A stretch of 64,000 nucleotides of DNA. Source: Vulcanimicrobiales bacterium. GTDB lineage: Bacteria; Vulcanimicrobiota; Vulcanimicrobiia; Vulcanimicrobiales; Vulcanimicrobiaceae. The notes under the pieces are model-generated. The model was not told the origin of the DNA. It searched no databases and saw nothing but the letters and a program-made list of their open reading frames with translations. The position numbers and the translations under genes are program-made. The stretch covers positions 73,888 to 137,887 of the forward strand of contig JBBQQR010000004.1 of the NCBI GenBank assembly GCA_038215615.1, in the 5' to 3' direction. Position 1 is the first letter of the stretch. Each line of letters begins with the position of its first letter. Of the stretch, positions 28,816 through 38,148 are shown in pieces.

Positions 28816-29643
28816 ATGAATCACACAGGACAGGGCAAGCACGCCCGGGAGACACCCGCGGAGTCGCAGCCATTTTCACTTCTCATCCAAGACGACCACC
28901 GTCAGCGGCTGGTGATGGCGTTCGCCGCCGCCTTGGCGCTGGAGATGGTCCTGGCCCAGCTGGTCCCTTGGCGCACGACGACCATCCCGCCCGAACAGCC
29001 CGAAATCATTACGATTGCGAAGCTCGTGCGCATCGAGCAGAGGCCGACGCCGAAGCCCATCGTGCACGCGCACGTCATCGCGCCGACGAACGTGCAGCCG
29101 AAAGTGGTCAACCCGGGAAAGCCTTCGGAAAACCAGCATATCCGGCGCGTCGCTTCCGCGCGGCCGATGGTGCACACGAAATATCACAAAGCGATCGCTG
29201 CCGTCCACATTCCGACAGGCGGACAAGGCACCGGGACCAGCAAGTCCAAGGCGCTCACGGGCGGTGTCGGGACGGGCGGCACGGGAACCGGTGAGAGCGG
29301 CACTGGAACCGGAACCGGCGGCGCGCCCGCCGCGCACGAGCCGTGCGGCTACGTCGATTTCATTCCTTACGATCAGCCGACCATCGACAACGGCACGGGA
29401 CGTATTTGGGAGCACATCTCCATGACGGTGCGATTCCCCGACGGCACTGCACAAAGCATCGATCTGGATTACCCGTGGTTTTACGCGTCGACGGCGGCCG
29501 ACCCGTTCAGAATAACCAGTGCGAAAACGGCACTCTTCCAATTCCCGCCGTCGGGCCAGAGCGTGCCCACCCTCGTGCAGTACGTGATGGATCACACGAC
29601 GGCCGGCGGCAGCACGAAGCTCAAGGAGTGTCCGAGCGGCTAA
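28816..29643 (+). CDS. Membrane-anchored hypothetical protein with Pro- and Gly/Thr-rich linker (TonB-like architecture)
   Basis: One TM segment, PTPKP, GTGGTGTGESGTGTG linker, compact C-terminal domain. Confidence 0.65.
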   Translation: MNHTGQGKHARETPAESQPFSLLIQDDHRQRLVMAFAAALALEMVLAQLVPWRTTTIPPEQPEIITIAKLVRIEQRPTPKPIVHAHVIAPTNVQPKVVNPGKPSENQHIRRVASARPMVHTKYHKAIAAVHIPTGGQGTGTSKSKALTGGVGTGGTGTGESGTGTGTGGAPAAHEPCGYVDFIPYDQPTIDNGTGRIWEHISMTVRFPDGTAQSIDLDYPWFYASTAADPFRITSAKTALFQFPPSGQSVPTLVQYVMDHTTAGGSTKLKECPSG

Positions 29644-29715
29644 CTTTCTTTAAGTTAGTGAAACCCGCTTCGCAAGCGAGCGGTTAAATCTCTTATGTGT
29701 CGTAGGAAAGGGCCT

Positions 29716-30423
29716 ATGAGCCCACGCTATTTTGCATTGTTCGCAGCGCTTTCGCTCGCGGGATGTATCGACGCATCAACGTTTGCCAGTCACAACGTCG
29801 AGGCGAAATTACACCGTTCGATCGCCGCCGCCGGCGCCACTCAATTGAGCGTGATCAATGTCTCCGGCTCGATCACTATCATTGCGTGGGATCGTCCCAG
29901 CGTCGACATTAGCGCGCGCGTCTACGGAGCCAGTCAGGACGCAGTCGCCCGGACGCACGTCGTGACGCAAGGCGGTTCGGAGATCTCCGTTAAGACCGAA
30001 TACGACAACAACGGCGGTATTTTTGGAAACCACAACGGCGCCGAAGTCGACTACACCATCCGCGCGCCCAAGACAATCGCCGTTTCCGTCACGAACATTA
30101 GCGGCCCGACGACGCTGACGGGACTCGCCGGCGACGTCGACGCAAGCGAAATCAGCGGGCGTCTCGACGCCACGCTTGGACGGGTCGCCGGAACGCGCAG
30201 CATTCACATGAACGCCATCAGCGGACGCATCACCGTGCGCATCGACCGCGACAGCAGCGCGCGCGTCAACGCCAGCACGCTCAGCGGTTCGGTCAATGTA
30301 TTTTTCCCGTCGGACCTTCATCAAGGCGTGGTCGGAAACTCCGCCACCGGGCGGATCGGCAAAGGCACAGCCTCAATGACTCTCCACACGGTCAGCGGTC
30401 CGATCGCTGTAGAACCGGAATAG
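29716..30423 (+). CDS. DUF4097-like beta-strand repeat lipoprotein
   Basis: Lipobox LAGC; repeated N(V/I)SGxIT units. Confidence 0.85.
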   Translation: MSPRYFALFAALSLAGCIDASTFASHNVEAKLHRSIAAAGATQLSVINVSGSITIIAWDRPSVDISARVYGASQDAVARTHVVTQGGSEISVKTEYDNNGGIFGNHNGAEVDYTIRAPKTIAVSVTNISGPTTLTGLAGDVDASEISGRLDATLGRVAGTRSIHMNAISGRITVRIDRDSSARVNASTLSGSVNVFFPSDLHQGVVGNSATGRIGKGTASMTLHTVSGPIAVEPE

Positions 30424-30427
30424 ATCC

Positions 30428-30551
30428 ATGAAACTTCGCAATCTTTTTCTTGCGATTGCGGCAGCGGCCGCTTTAACCGGATGTTACTGAAACGCACAAC
30501 ACGTTTTTCAGCGAAACCGACGCTGCGGCTGCAGAGCGCGTCTTGGCATAA
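30428..30551 (+). pseudogene. Lipoprotein signal-peptide ORF ending after the lipobox (frameshifted small lipoprotein or mini-peptide)
   Basis: MKLRNLFLAIAAAAALTGCY* (30428..30490); the +1 frame continues to TAA at 30551. Confidence 0.5.
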
Positions 30552-30588
30552 GAAAAGAGGCCGGTCGCTTACGACCGGCCTCTCCTTT
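30551..30588. terminator. Bidirectional intrinsic terminator
   Basis: AGAGGCCGGTCG-CTTA-CGACCGGCCTCT with flanking A and T runs, between convergent genes. Confidence 0.8.
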
Positions 30589-30605
30589 GGTTCGAGCCTC
30601 GCTCC

Positions 30606-33143
30606 TTACCGCACCGAACCAGCCGGCAAAATGTTGGCTTTTGCGTCCAAAGCTTGCTGAGCCACCGCCGCGAGCGCTTCGAGATGCGCGCGCGTCAATT
30701 CGCTTAGTCCGGAGCTTTGGAGTCCCTGCGCTGCCAACTGCCGCAGTTGCTGGAGCTGAATGCGCGCGAGCGCTTGAGCATCCGCGGGAGTGCCGGGTGC
30801 CGGATTAACCCACATATCCGACAACCGTTTCGCGTAGTTGACTTGCAGATTGCGGCGGATAGGGCCGGCGCTGTTGATTCCGCCCGTCAGATCGCCGAAG
30901 ATGCTCCCGCGCGCCCAGTCGAAGAGATTCGTCAGCGACATGGTGGCGCCGGAGCTGTACTTGGTCTGCAGATCGTCGATGCGTTGCAGCGTCAGAGGGG
31001 CAAAGAGCTCGGCGAGCACTTGGTTCTGCGCCAAGTTGACGATGGTCGTAACGGCCACGTCGTGACGCGGCGTCGGATTGTACGCCCACGCTCCGCCGGT
31101 GAAATCCGACCACTCGGAGTACGTGAGCTTGTTGAGAACGTTCTGGTTGAAGTGCCAGGCAGAATTTGCGAACAGTCCGTTCGCGAGCATGCTCCAAGCT
31201 GCGCGTTCGTCGGCAAGCGAAACCGGCGAGAGCGGTTGTCCTGCGCCGGACTCGCCCTTAGCGGCGCGCGAGATATACTCGCCGCCGATCCAGTGCGCGG
31301 GCATGACCGCACAGCGCAGGTACAAATTGAAGGGAGACGTGAAGGCCTGACGCGCTTCGTCGAACGTATGACCGGGCGCCGGAAAGCGCTGCCCGACGGC
31401 GTTCATGACGCTGTGCATCGTCTTCATCTGCACGTCGCACCACTGTAAGGGGTGGTTGGTCAGATCGTTCTGCGCGACGCGCGGATCGATTGCGTGACCG
31501 AATTGAAACGAGACATCCTCGTCGCTGGCAAAGCGCGTGCGTGGATTCGCCCAGGCCGATGCCCAGCGCCGGAGCGTGGGAACTTCAGCGTTGGGCGTCA
31601 TTGCGTTGGGAATGTAACCGTAACCGTAACGAATCGCATAGTAATCGTACGGACCTAAACCGAGCTGAACGTAATCTCCCTGCGCCGTTCCTTTCGGCCA
31701 GAGGTTGATCGGAGCGTACTCCATCACCGAGTTCCCGACGCCCCAGCGGCTCGTGAACGCCTTGCTCTGCATCTGTTTTGCCGTGTAAGCCGTCGAGCCG
31801 ATGAAGTTATGCTGCAGTCCGAAATCGTGGCCGGACTCGTGCAACATGATCGAGCGGATCAAGTCTTGCGTGAACTGATTTTCCGCGGCCGCCGTGTCCG
31901 GTAAGCCGCGAGCGGGAGCGATGACATACCGGTATGTGCGCCCGACAAGACCTTCGACCGCATCGAAGTTCACGCCGATGTTGAGCTCTTCGCCGGTGCG
32001 CGGATCGGTAACGAGTAACCCTTCCGCACCGAATGCCGGCGAGCTCGTATTGAGCCACCGGATCATGCTATGCCGGATGTCTTCCGGATCCCATGACGGA
32101 TCGGCGGGCTGTTGCTGCACCTGCACGGCGTCCAAGATGCCTACCCGGCGGAACGCGTCGTTCCACGTAAGCAGCGCGGCCTTGACCGTGTCGCGATACT
32201 GATACGGAATGTCGCTGCTGAGATAAAATACGAGTGGGTGCGTGGCCTTTACGGGAGCGGAAGATGTTCGCGGCCCAAAATTCCAACGCATGATGTAATG
32301 AACCGTACGGCTCGTGCCTATCTGATCGGTCGAGAAGTTGATCAGCGGTTGCGTAAAATATCCGACCCGCGGATCGGCGATACGTGGCATATACCCGTTG
32401 TTCGGCGCTTGAATGATGTTGTATGACATCAAGATTTCGAGACTGCGAGGGTCGGGCGCATTGTCGATGCGGTTGGGCGCGGCGGACTGCCACGTCTGAC
32501 TGACGCGTAGTACGTCGTTTTCCGGAAAGGCTTTTGTCACCGCAAAGTACGAGCGCGTCGGATCGAGTCTGTACGCACCCGGGCTAGGCGGACCGAAGTT
32601 CAAGCTCGAGTCGAAATCGGCGACATCGCCCAGCAAGAATGAAGCCGGAATGACGACCGTTGTGTCGTCGGCCGCCGCAATCGGCGCCACCGCAACCACG
32701 GAGGCGGGCAGCGAGAGTTGCACGCCGGTCGCTTCGGGCGTATTCGGCCGTGTTATCGTGTACGTGTTGGGCCAACGAATGACGACGGTGTCGTCGACTT
32801 TTTCGAAACGGATCAACCGCGCGGGGGCAACGTACGGCTCACCTTGGGCCGGACCCAATCCGCCAAGTCCGCTTGAGGGAACGGCAGTTTGGATGAAGTC
32901 GGCCCCGAGTTGGGCTCGTTTTATCGCTAAATAAACGCGGCCGGCCTTGTGGATGATCGGAATAAGACCGTCTTGAACAACGGCGCCGCGCACGAACACG
33001 TCGTAGGGGGCTGGGCCTGAACCCGCGGCTGCGGCTGCCGCTGCGGCAGCGCTGGGCGGCGGAGCCGTTTGCGCGGCGGCCGGAGCCGCCAAGGCCAACA
33101 CAAAAAAACCGCCGAGTATAACGCGAAAGAGACTGGTCGTCAT
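30606..33143 (-). CDS. Exported zinc metalloprotease (DUF5117/DUF4953, EcxA-like metzincin)
   Basis: Signal peptide; PRIADPRVGYF; DPRTGE; HESGHDFGLQHNF; SVMEY Met-turn. Confidence 0.9.
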   Translation of the reverse strand: MTTSLFRVILGGFFVLALAAPAAAQTAPPPSAAAAAAAAAGSGPAPYDVFVRGAVVQDGLIPIIHKAGRVYLAIKRAQLGADFIQTAVPSSGLGGLGPAQGEPYVAPARLIRFEKVDDTVVIRWPNTYTITRPNTPEATGVQLSLPASVVAVAPIAAADDTTVVIPASFLLGDVADFDSSLNFGPPSPGAYRLDPTRSYFAVTKAFPENDVLRVSQTWQSAAPNRIDNAPDPRSLEILMSYNIIQAPNNGYMPRIADPRVGYFTQPLINFSTDQIGTSRTVHYIMRWNFGPRTSSAPVKATHPLVFYLSSDIPYQYRDTVKAALLTWNDAFRRVGILDAVQVQQQPADPSWDPEDIRHSMIRWLNTSSPAFGAEGLLVTDPRTGEELNIGVNFDAVEGLVGRTYRYVIAPARGLPDTAAAENQFTQDLIRSIMLHESGHDFGLQHNFIGSTAYTAKQMQSKAFTSRWGVGNSVMEYAPINLWPKGTAQGDYVQLGLGPYDYYAIRYGYGYIPNAMTPNAEVPTLRRWASAWANPRTRFASDEDVSFQFGHAIDPRVAQNDLTNHPLQWCDVQMKTMHSVMNAVGQRFPAPGHTFDEARQAFTSPFNLYLRCAVMPAHWIGGEYISRAAKGESGAGQPLSPVSLADERAAWSMLANGLFANSAWHFNQNVLNKLTYSEWSDFTGGAWAYNPTPRHDVAVTTIVNLAQNQVLAELFAPLTLQRIDDLQTKYSSGATMSLTNLFDWARGSIFGDLTGGINSAGPIRRNLQVNYAKRLSDMWVNPAPGTPADAQALARIQLQQLRQLAAQGLQSSGLSELTRAHLEALAAVAQQALDAKANILPAGSVR

Positions 33144-33192
33144 GAACCCTCCGGATTAGGACGGGCGCCTCAAGCGCCCAGACCTATGAATT

Positions 33193-35220
33193 TCAGCGAA
33201 CGAGCGGCTGACCCTGCGGATAGATCGGGCGATTCACGATGCGTTCAAGGGTCGTGGCTTTGGAGCTGAGCACAAAGTCGCCGAATTTGGCGAAATTCTC
33301 ACGCTCGGCTTCACCTTCAGCAAAGCGTTCGTTACGCGTTAGGTCGATTTTGCCCGACGCCGGCAGAAAGCGGATGTAACGCCCGTCGTCGTCGATGCCG
33401 GCTTGGATGAGCCCCTCGTCTTCGAAGATCCGTAAAGCCGCCCCGACCGTCCGTTCTCTGACTCGGTCGAACTGCAGCGTATCGGCGATATCGCCCTGCG
33501 ACATCCGCACGACCCCGCCTTGAGCCAGCCCGCGGATACCGCGGTAGAGCTCGCGCAGCACGCCGATGGTAGGCGCCTCCTGATCGATGATGTACTCGTT
33601 GATGCGGCGATCGCCCTCACCGAAGAGCAAGTGGATGTGCGCCGGTTCGCCGTCGCGGCCGGCGCGGCCGGCCTGCTGATTAAACTCGGTGAACGAAAAG
33701 TTGAGGTGATAGAGCACCACGTTGCGGACGTCGGGGAGGTCGATACCCTCGCCGAAGGCCGACGTTGCGATGACGGCGCGCAGCTCGCCCGAACGAAAGT
33801 ACTTTTCCACATCGGCCCGGTCTGCTGCCGGCATTCCCGCGTGGTAAAACATGACGCTCGATCCGAGATCGCGCCGTAATCCGTCGGCAACCTTCGACAC
33901 CTCGCTGCGCGAGTTGCAATACACGATCGCCTTGCCGCTGCCGCCCAGCGTGTCGCGCAGATACCGCAGTTTATCTTTCGTGCCGCGCGCGTCGACCACG
34001 TGCAGATTCTCGCGCACGGACGGATCGATCACCCACGCATCTATTCCAAGCTCGCGCACGATGTGGCCGAAAGCTTCGTCGCGAGCGGTCGCGGTTAAGC
34101 CCAAAACCTGCGGCGAGCCGAGCGACGCGATCGTCGCGGACAATTTTCCGTACGCCGGGCGGTGACTGGACTCGTACGCGTGGTGCGCTTCGTCGACGAC
34201 CAGTAACCCCGGCGCACTTTTCCCCGTAAACGCTTCGCGGTGGAACTGCAAAAACTCAGGCGTGCCAAGAATGATATCCCAGTCGCCCGTTTCAAGCGAC
34301 GACATCAGATGCGCGCGCTCTGCGGCTCCGATCGCGCCGTTCGCGCGCAGAATGCGCAATCCAAATCCATCGAGACGGCGCTTGAGCGCCTCGTATTGGT
34401 CGTTGGCAAGCGCGCGCAGCGGATAGAGCACCAAAGTCTTCTGGCCGGACTCAAGCGCGCGGTACGCAGCCGGGTATTGAAAGCAAAACGACTTGCCGCG
34501 CCCCGTTCCCATAACCGCAAGCGTGTTTTTTCCCGCATCCAGTCGCGCCAGCACATCGCGTTGCGCTTTGTGCATTTCCGATTCACCGATGAGCGCGCGG
34601 CGAACGTCGGCATGATCGGCTTGAGCGCGCGCTTGCACGGCAAACGCATCGAGCGCGCTCCCCAGCGCGCGAAAGACGCAAATATTCACTCCGAACTTCT
34701 TGCCTTCGGTTCCCCCGGTTACGTGCTCGACCCGCGCGCCGTACCCGATTCCCGCGTCGATCAGCGGCGCCAGATGCCTGGCTATTTGTTTGCGCAGGAA
34801 ACCGAGTTGCAGATTTCCGTACCACACGGCAATGGCGTTGGCGTCGAACGGATTCGCGGGCTCGCGCTCGAGCAACAGATCGACGCCCGGCACGATGCCC
34901 GCTACGACGTCCTGCCGGCCCTCAAACGAGACGCCCATGATTTTGGTCGGAAAGGAATCGCGCTCACCGATACCCGCAAACGCATCGCGGTCCAAGAACG
35001 TCTTCTGCTGCGCGAACATGCGCTCGACGAAGTCGTCAATCGACTCCGTTCCGTCGTCGATCGACGGCAGTTCAACCGGCCCCTTCGACTCGCTACGCTC
35101 GCTCAGGACTGCGCTTGGCGCAGGCGCTGAGGTTTTGCCAAAGTTTTCTAATAGCCGCTCGAACGCGGCTTCCGATGGAGTCGGGAGCGGGAGTTTCCTA
35201 TTCTTCGCGCTGCGCGTCAT
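33193..35220 (-). CDS. HIRAN domain + RecQ-like SF2 helicase
   Basis: TKIMGVSFEGRQ..REPANPFDANAI..LGFL (HIRAN); MGTGRGKS, DEAH, TAT, YHAG, ATSAFGEGID, QQAGRAGRDG. Confidence 0.9.
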   Translation of the reverse strand: MTRSAKNRKLPLPTPSEAAFERLLENFGKTSAPAPSAVLSERSESKGPVELPSIDDGTESIDDFVERMFAQQKTFLDRDAFAGIGERDSFPTKIMGVSFEGRQDVVAGIVPGVDLLLEREPANPFDANAIAVWYGNLQLGFLRKQIARHLAPLIDAGIGYGARVEHVTGGTEGKKFGVNICVFRALGSALDAFAVQARAQADHADVRRALIGESEMHKAQRDVLARLDAGKNTLAVMGTGRGKSFCFQYPAAYRALESGQKTLVLYPLRALANDQYEALKRRLDGFGLRILRANGAIGAAERAHLMSSLETGDWDIILGTPEFLQFHREAFTGKSAPGLLVVDEAHHAYESSHRPAYGKLSATIASLGSPQVLGLTATARDEAFGHIVRELGIDAWVIDPSVRENLHVVDARGTKDKLRYLRDTLGGSGKAIVYCNSRSEVSKVADGLRRDLGSSVMFYHAGMPAADRADVEKYFRSGELRAVIATSAFGEGIDLPDVRNVVLYHLNFSFTEFNQQAGRAGRDGEPAHIHLLFGEGDRRINEYIIDQEAPTIGVLRELYRGIRGLAQGGVVRMSQGDIADTLQFDRVRERTVGAALRIFEDEGLIQAGIDDDGRYIRFLPASGKIDLTRNERFAEGEAERENFAKFGDFVLSSKATTLERIVNRPIYPQGQPLVR
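35081..35109 (+). repeat. Short repeat family copy inside the helicase gene
   Basis: CCCTTCGACTCGCTACGCTCGCTCAGGAC. Confidence 0.75.
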
Positions 35221-36532
35221 CCGGTGGCAGCGGCCGCTCCGGTTCGAAGCCTTCGAGGTTCATGTTTATTTCTTCGTGACCCTGATCGAACGCGGTTTCA
35301 TCGCCGCCCGCGGCTTGCGCGTCGAGCGGATCCATCGTGTTCGCCTCTTCGCCCGCTGTCGGCGTCATCTCGTCGCCCGCAGGGGCGTTCTCGTCGCGCT
35401 TGCGTTTGTAGCGTGCAGGCGTTCCCGGCGTAACCGTACGCGACCCTTTGGCTTTCTCGCGGCGAGCCTTACGCGCCGCCACGATGTCTTCGCGCGCCAT
35501 GCCTGAATGCGCGCCAAGCGCGCGGCTCTCTGCAACCGTCCGCGCCGAACGCGTACCTTGCGCGGCCAAGCCCGCCGCGCGTTTGCGCGAAGCCGAATCG
35601 AGTTGGCGTTTGCGGAAAAAGAGCACCAGCGGCGCCGAGTAAAAGATCGAGTGGTATCCGCCCGAGCAAATCCCCACCAGCAGCGCGAACGCGAAGTTCT
35701 GCAGCGATGCTCCGCCTAGCGCGAGCAGCGCGACCAGAGTGATGACGACGGTGGCCAGCGTGTTGAACGAGCGCGTCATCGTCTGCAAAATCGACGTGTT
35801 GACGATCCTGTCGTACGGCTGCCCCGCCATCACGCGGGTGTTTTCTCGTATTCGATCCAGAATAACGATCGTATCCATGACCGAATAGCCGATGACCGTA
35901 AGTACCGCCGCTAGGAACGCATCGTCGGCGCGTTTGTCCGCGAGCGCGTAGATGCCGATCATCATCGCGGCGTCGCGCACGAGCGCGATAACCGTGACCA
36001 AGCCGAAAATGTAGTTCCAGCCGAACCGGAACGCGATGTAGAGGAACTGGATCAGCAGAGCGATGACCAGCGCCTCGATCGCCTTGATCAGATACTCTTT
36101 GCCCAGCGTCGGTCCAACCGACGTGACGGCGGACGAATTCCGATCGACCGGCGCGATGCTTTGCAGCGCGTTCCACAGCGCGGTTGTGTTGTTGCCGAAT
36201 GCGGTCTGCGTTTCGACGGAGTATTTCGTCCACGCGTTAGCGCCCGCGGTTTGGCCGACGGTCGTGATGCGCTCGTCGCTCACGTTCAGTTTCGAAAGCG
36301 CCGCGCGCACCTGGTCTTGCGTAACCGGTTTGCTGAAGACGACATCGACCGCGGTGCCGCCGGTGAACGACAGGCCCAAACGAAGCGCGTGCGATGGCTG
36401 AAATCCGCCGCCCGGCGCAGTCAGCGAATGATAGACCATCGATCCCAGTCCGGCAAGGATGATCAGGTACGAGATCAGCGAGACGACGCGGAACCAGCCG
36501 ACGATATTCCAATTCAGGCGGCGGAAAAACAT
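35198..36532 (-). CDS. secF: Protein translocase subunit SecF with long charged C-terminal tail
   Basis: LGLSFTGGT, VGPTLG, YIAFRF, IGYSVMDTIVILDRIREN, TMTRSFNT. Confidence 0.96.
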   Translation of the reverse strand: MFFRRLNWNIVGWFRVVSLISYLIILAGLGSMVYHSLTAPGGGFQPSHALRLGLSFTGGTAVDVVFSKPVTQDQVRAALSKLNVSDERITTVGQTAGANAWTKYSVETQTAFGNNTTALWNALQSIAPVDRNSSAVTSVGPTLGKEYLIKAIEALVIALLIQFLYIAFRFGWNYIFGLVTVIALVRDAAMMIGIYALADKRADDAFLAAVLTVIGYSVMDTIVILDRIRENTRVMAGQPYDRIVNTSILQTMTRSFNTLATVVITLVALLALGGASLQNFAFALLVGICSGGYHSIFYSAPLVLFFRKRQLDSASRKRAAGLAAQGTRSARTVAESRALGAHSGMAREDIVAARKARREKAKGSRTVTPGTPARYKRKRDENAPAGDEMTPTAGEEANTMDPLDAQAAGGDETAFDQGHEEINMNLEGFEPERPLPPDDAQREE

Positions 36533-36535
36533 CGG

Positions 36536-37912
36536 TTACGTCCCCGCCTTCGACAAGATGCCGACTTCTTCGGGCTTCACGCCGTAGAGGTTCGGGTTGG
36601 TCGCGACGTTACTGTCGACGACCAGATCGACGAAGAACCGCGTGATGAAGACGGCGGTAAAGAGCGAAAACACCGTGCCCCAAAAGAGCGTGTAAGCAAA
36701 GCCTTTGACCGTGCCGGTTCCGAGCATGAACAGCACGCCCGCGCCGACGATCGTGGTAAAGTGGCTGTCGAAGACCGCCGTGAACGCGCGCGCAAAGCCG
36801 GTGCGCACCGAGGCGCGCATGGACTTGCCGGCCCAGAGTTCTTCTTTCATGCGTTCGAAGATCAGCACGTTAGCGTCGACCGCCATACCGATCGAGAGCA
36901 CGAAGCCGGCGATACCCGGCAGCGTGAGCGTCGCGTGCGCTGCCGCCAGCAGTCCGAACATCATGATGACGTAGATCACCAGCGCGATGTCGGCCAAGAG
37001 TCCGGGCAGACGGTACATCACGATCATGAAGAGCAGTACGAGCCCCAGCCCAAGCATCGAAGCGTACAGCGACTTCACGAGATCGATCTTGCCGAGCGTC
37101 GGTCCGATCGTTTCGTTTTCGATGAACGTGATTGGAACGGGCAGCGCGCCGGCATTGAGTTCGTTGGCCAGTGTGATCGTTTGGTCTTCGGTGAACTGTC
37201 CGTAGATCTCGCCGCTGTCGGAGATGGCACCATTGATCGTCGGTGCCGAAATGTAGCGCTTGTCTAAAAAGATACCGAGCGGCTTGCCGAGATTAGCGGT
37301 GGTCAGCGCGAAAAACTTCTTGGGGTCCTTGGTTTGGAAGTTGATCTGAGGCGCGCCGGCTTGACTGTAAGCAGCTTGCGCCGCCTTCAGCTCTTTTCCG
37401 GTGTACACCGTCGGACCGCTCGCGTTATATGCGCCGCGGGCAATCAGCGCGCACGCGTCTTTGGTGGCTTTGTTGAGGTTGCATTTGGCCGCCGTCGGAT
37501 TCGGTCCCAGATAGGCCAGAGCGGCTTCAGCGCGCTGCGCTATCGCGGGCGGAACGATTTTGTATTCGAGCACCGCGACTTGCTTGAGCAAGAGCTCGGC
37601 TTGCTCGGCATTCTTCACCTGGGGAAGCTCCACCAAGATGCGATCGGTGCCGACCTTGTTGAGCTGCGGCTCGGTGACGCCCAGGCCGTTGATGCGGTGG
37701 TCTATGACGTCCATCGTTTCGTTCTGCACGTCGGCGGTAATGGTCTTGACTTCGGGCGTCGTGTTGAGCTGCAGCAAGAGGCGCGCTCCGCCTTGCAGAT
37801 CCAGCCCGAGGTGGATCTTCTTTTGCAGCGGCAGCGCGGCGTAGAGACACAGCGCGACGATGGCGAGGACGACGAGCGCCTTCACCGGGTTCTTCCATCT
37901 ATTCCAGGTCAT
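36536..37912 (-). CDS. secD: Protein translocase subunit SecD
   Basis: LGLDLQGG, GVTEP, GALPVP, IGPTLG, LTLPGIAG, GMAVDANVLIFER. Confidence 0.97.
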   Translation of the reverse strand: MTWNRWKNPVKALVVLAIVALCLYAALPLQKKIHLGLDLQGGARLLLQLNTTPEVKTITADVQNETMDVIDHRINGLGVTEPQLNKVGTDRILVELPQVKNAEQAELLLKQVAVLEYKIVPPAIAQRAEAALAYLGPNPTAAKCNLNKATKDACALIARGAYNASGPTVYTGKELKAAQAAYSQAGAPQINFQTKDPKKFFALTTANLGKPLGIFLDKRYISAPTINGAISDSGEIYGQFTEDQTITLANELNAGALPVPITFIENETIGPTLGKIDLVKSLYASMLGLGLVLLFMIVMYRLPGLLADIALVIYVIMMFGLLAAAHATLTLPGIAGFVLSIGMAVDANVLIFERMKEELWAGKSMRASVRTGFARAFTAVFDSHFTTIVGAGVLFMLGTGTVKGFAYTLFWGTVFSLFTAVFITRFFVDLVVDSNVATNPNLYGVKPEEVGILSKAGT

Positions 37913-38148
37913 GGCTAACCGCCGAATGTTGTGGACGGGCCTCTGCGGGGCCTTCAGCTGCCGCACTGGCTCGAGGATTTTGCGCGGGCCGGGTTGACCG
38001 TGGCGTTGGGCTACGGGTTCCCATACCGCGACTTCAAGAAATGGCGGTTGGCCGCGGGGTGAAGCCCCAGGAATGCTTTCGATGACGGCAACCAGACCAG
38101 GAGCCCCAAATATGTGCCATTACTTGCCATCCTGGCCACCGTATGCGC

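Noticed and set aside
30488..30490. TGA as selenocysteine in the mini-lipoprotein
   Set aside because: No SECIS-like hairpin directly downstream and the in-frame continuation is not protein-like
37913..38148. Possible secDF arrest peptide or 6S-like RNA upstream of secD
   Set aside because: Short ORFs (e.g. 38011..38130 minus, 39 aa) lack RAPP/RAGP-type motifs; an RGPS lies behind stop codons; no convincing 6S pairing by eye
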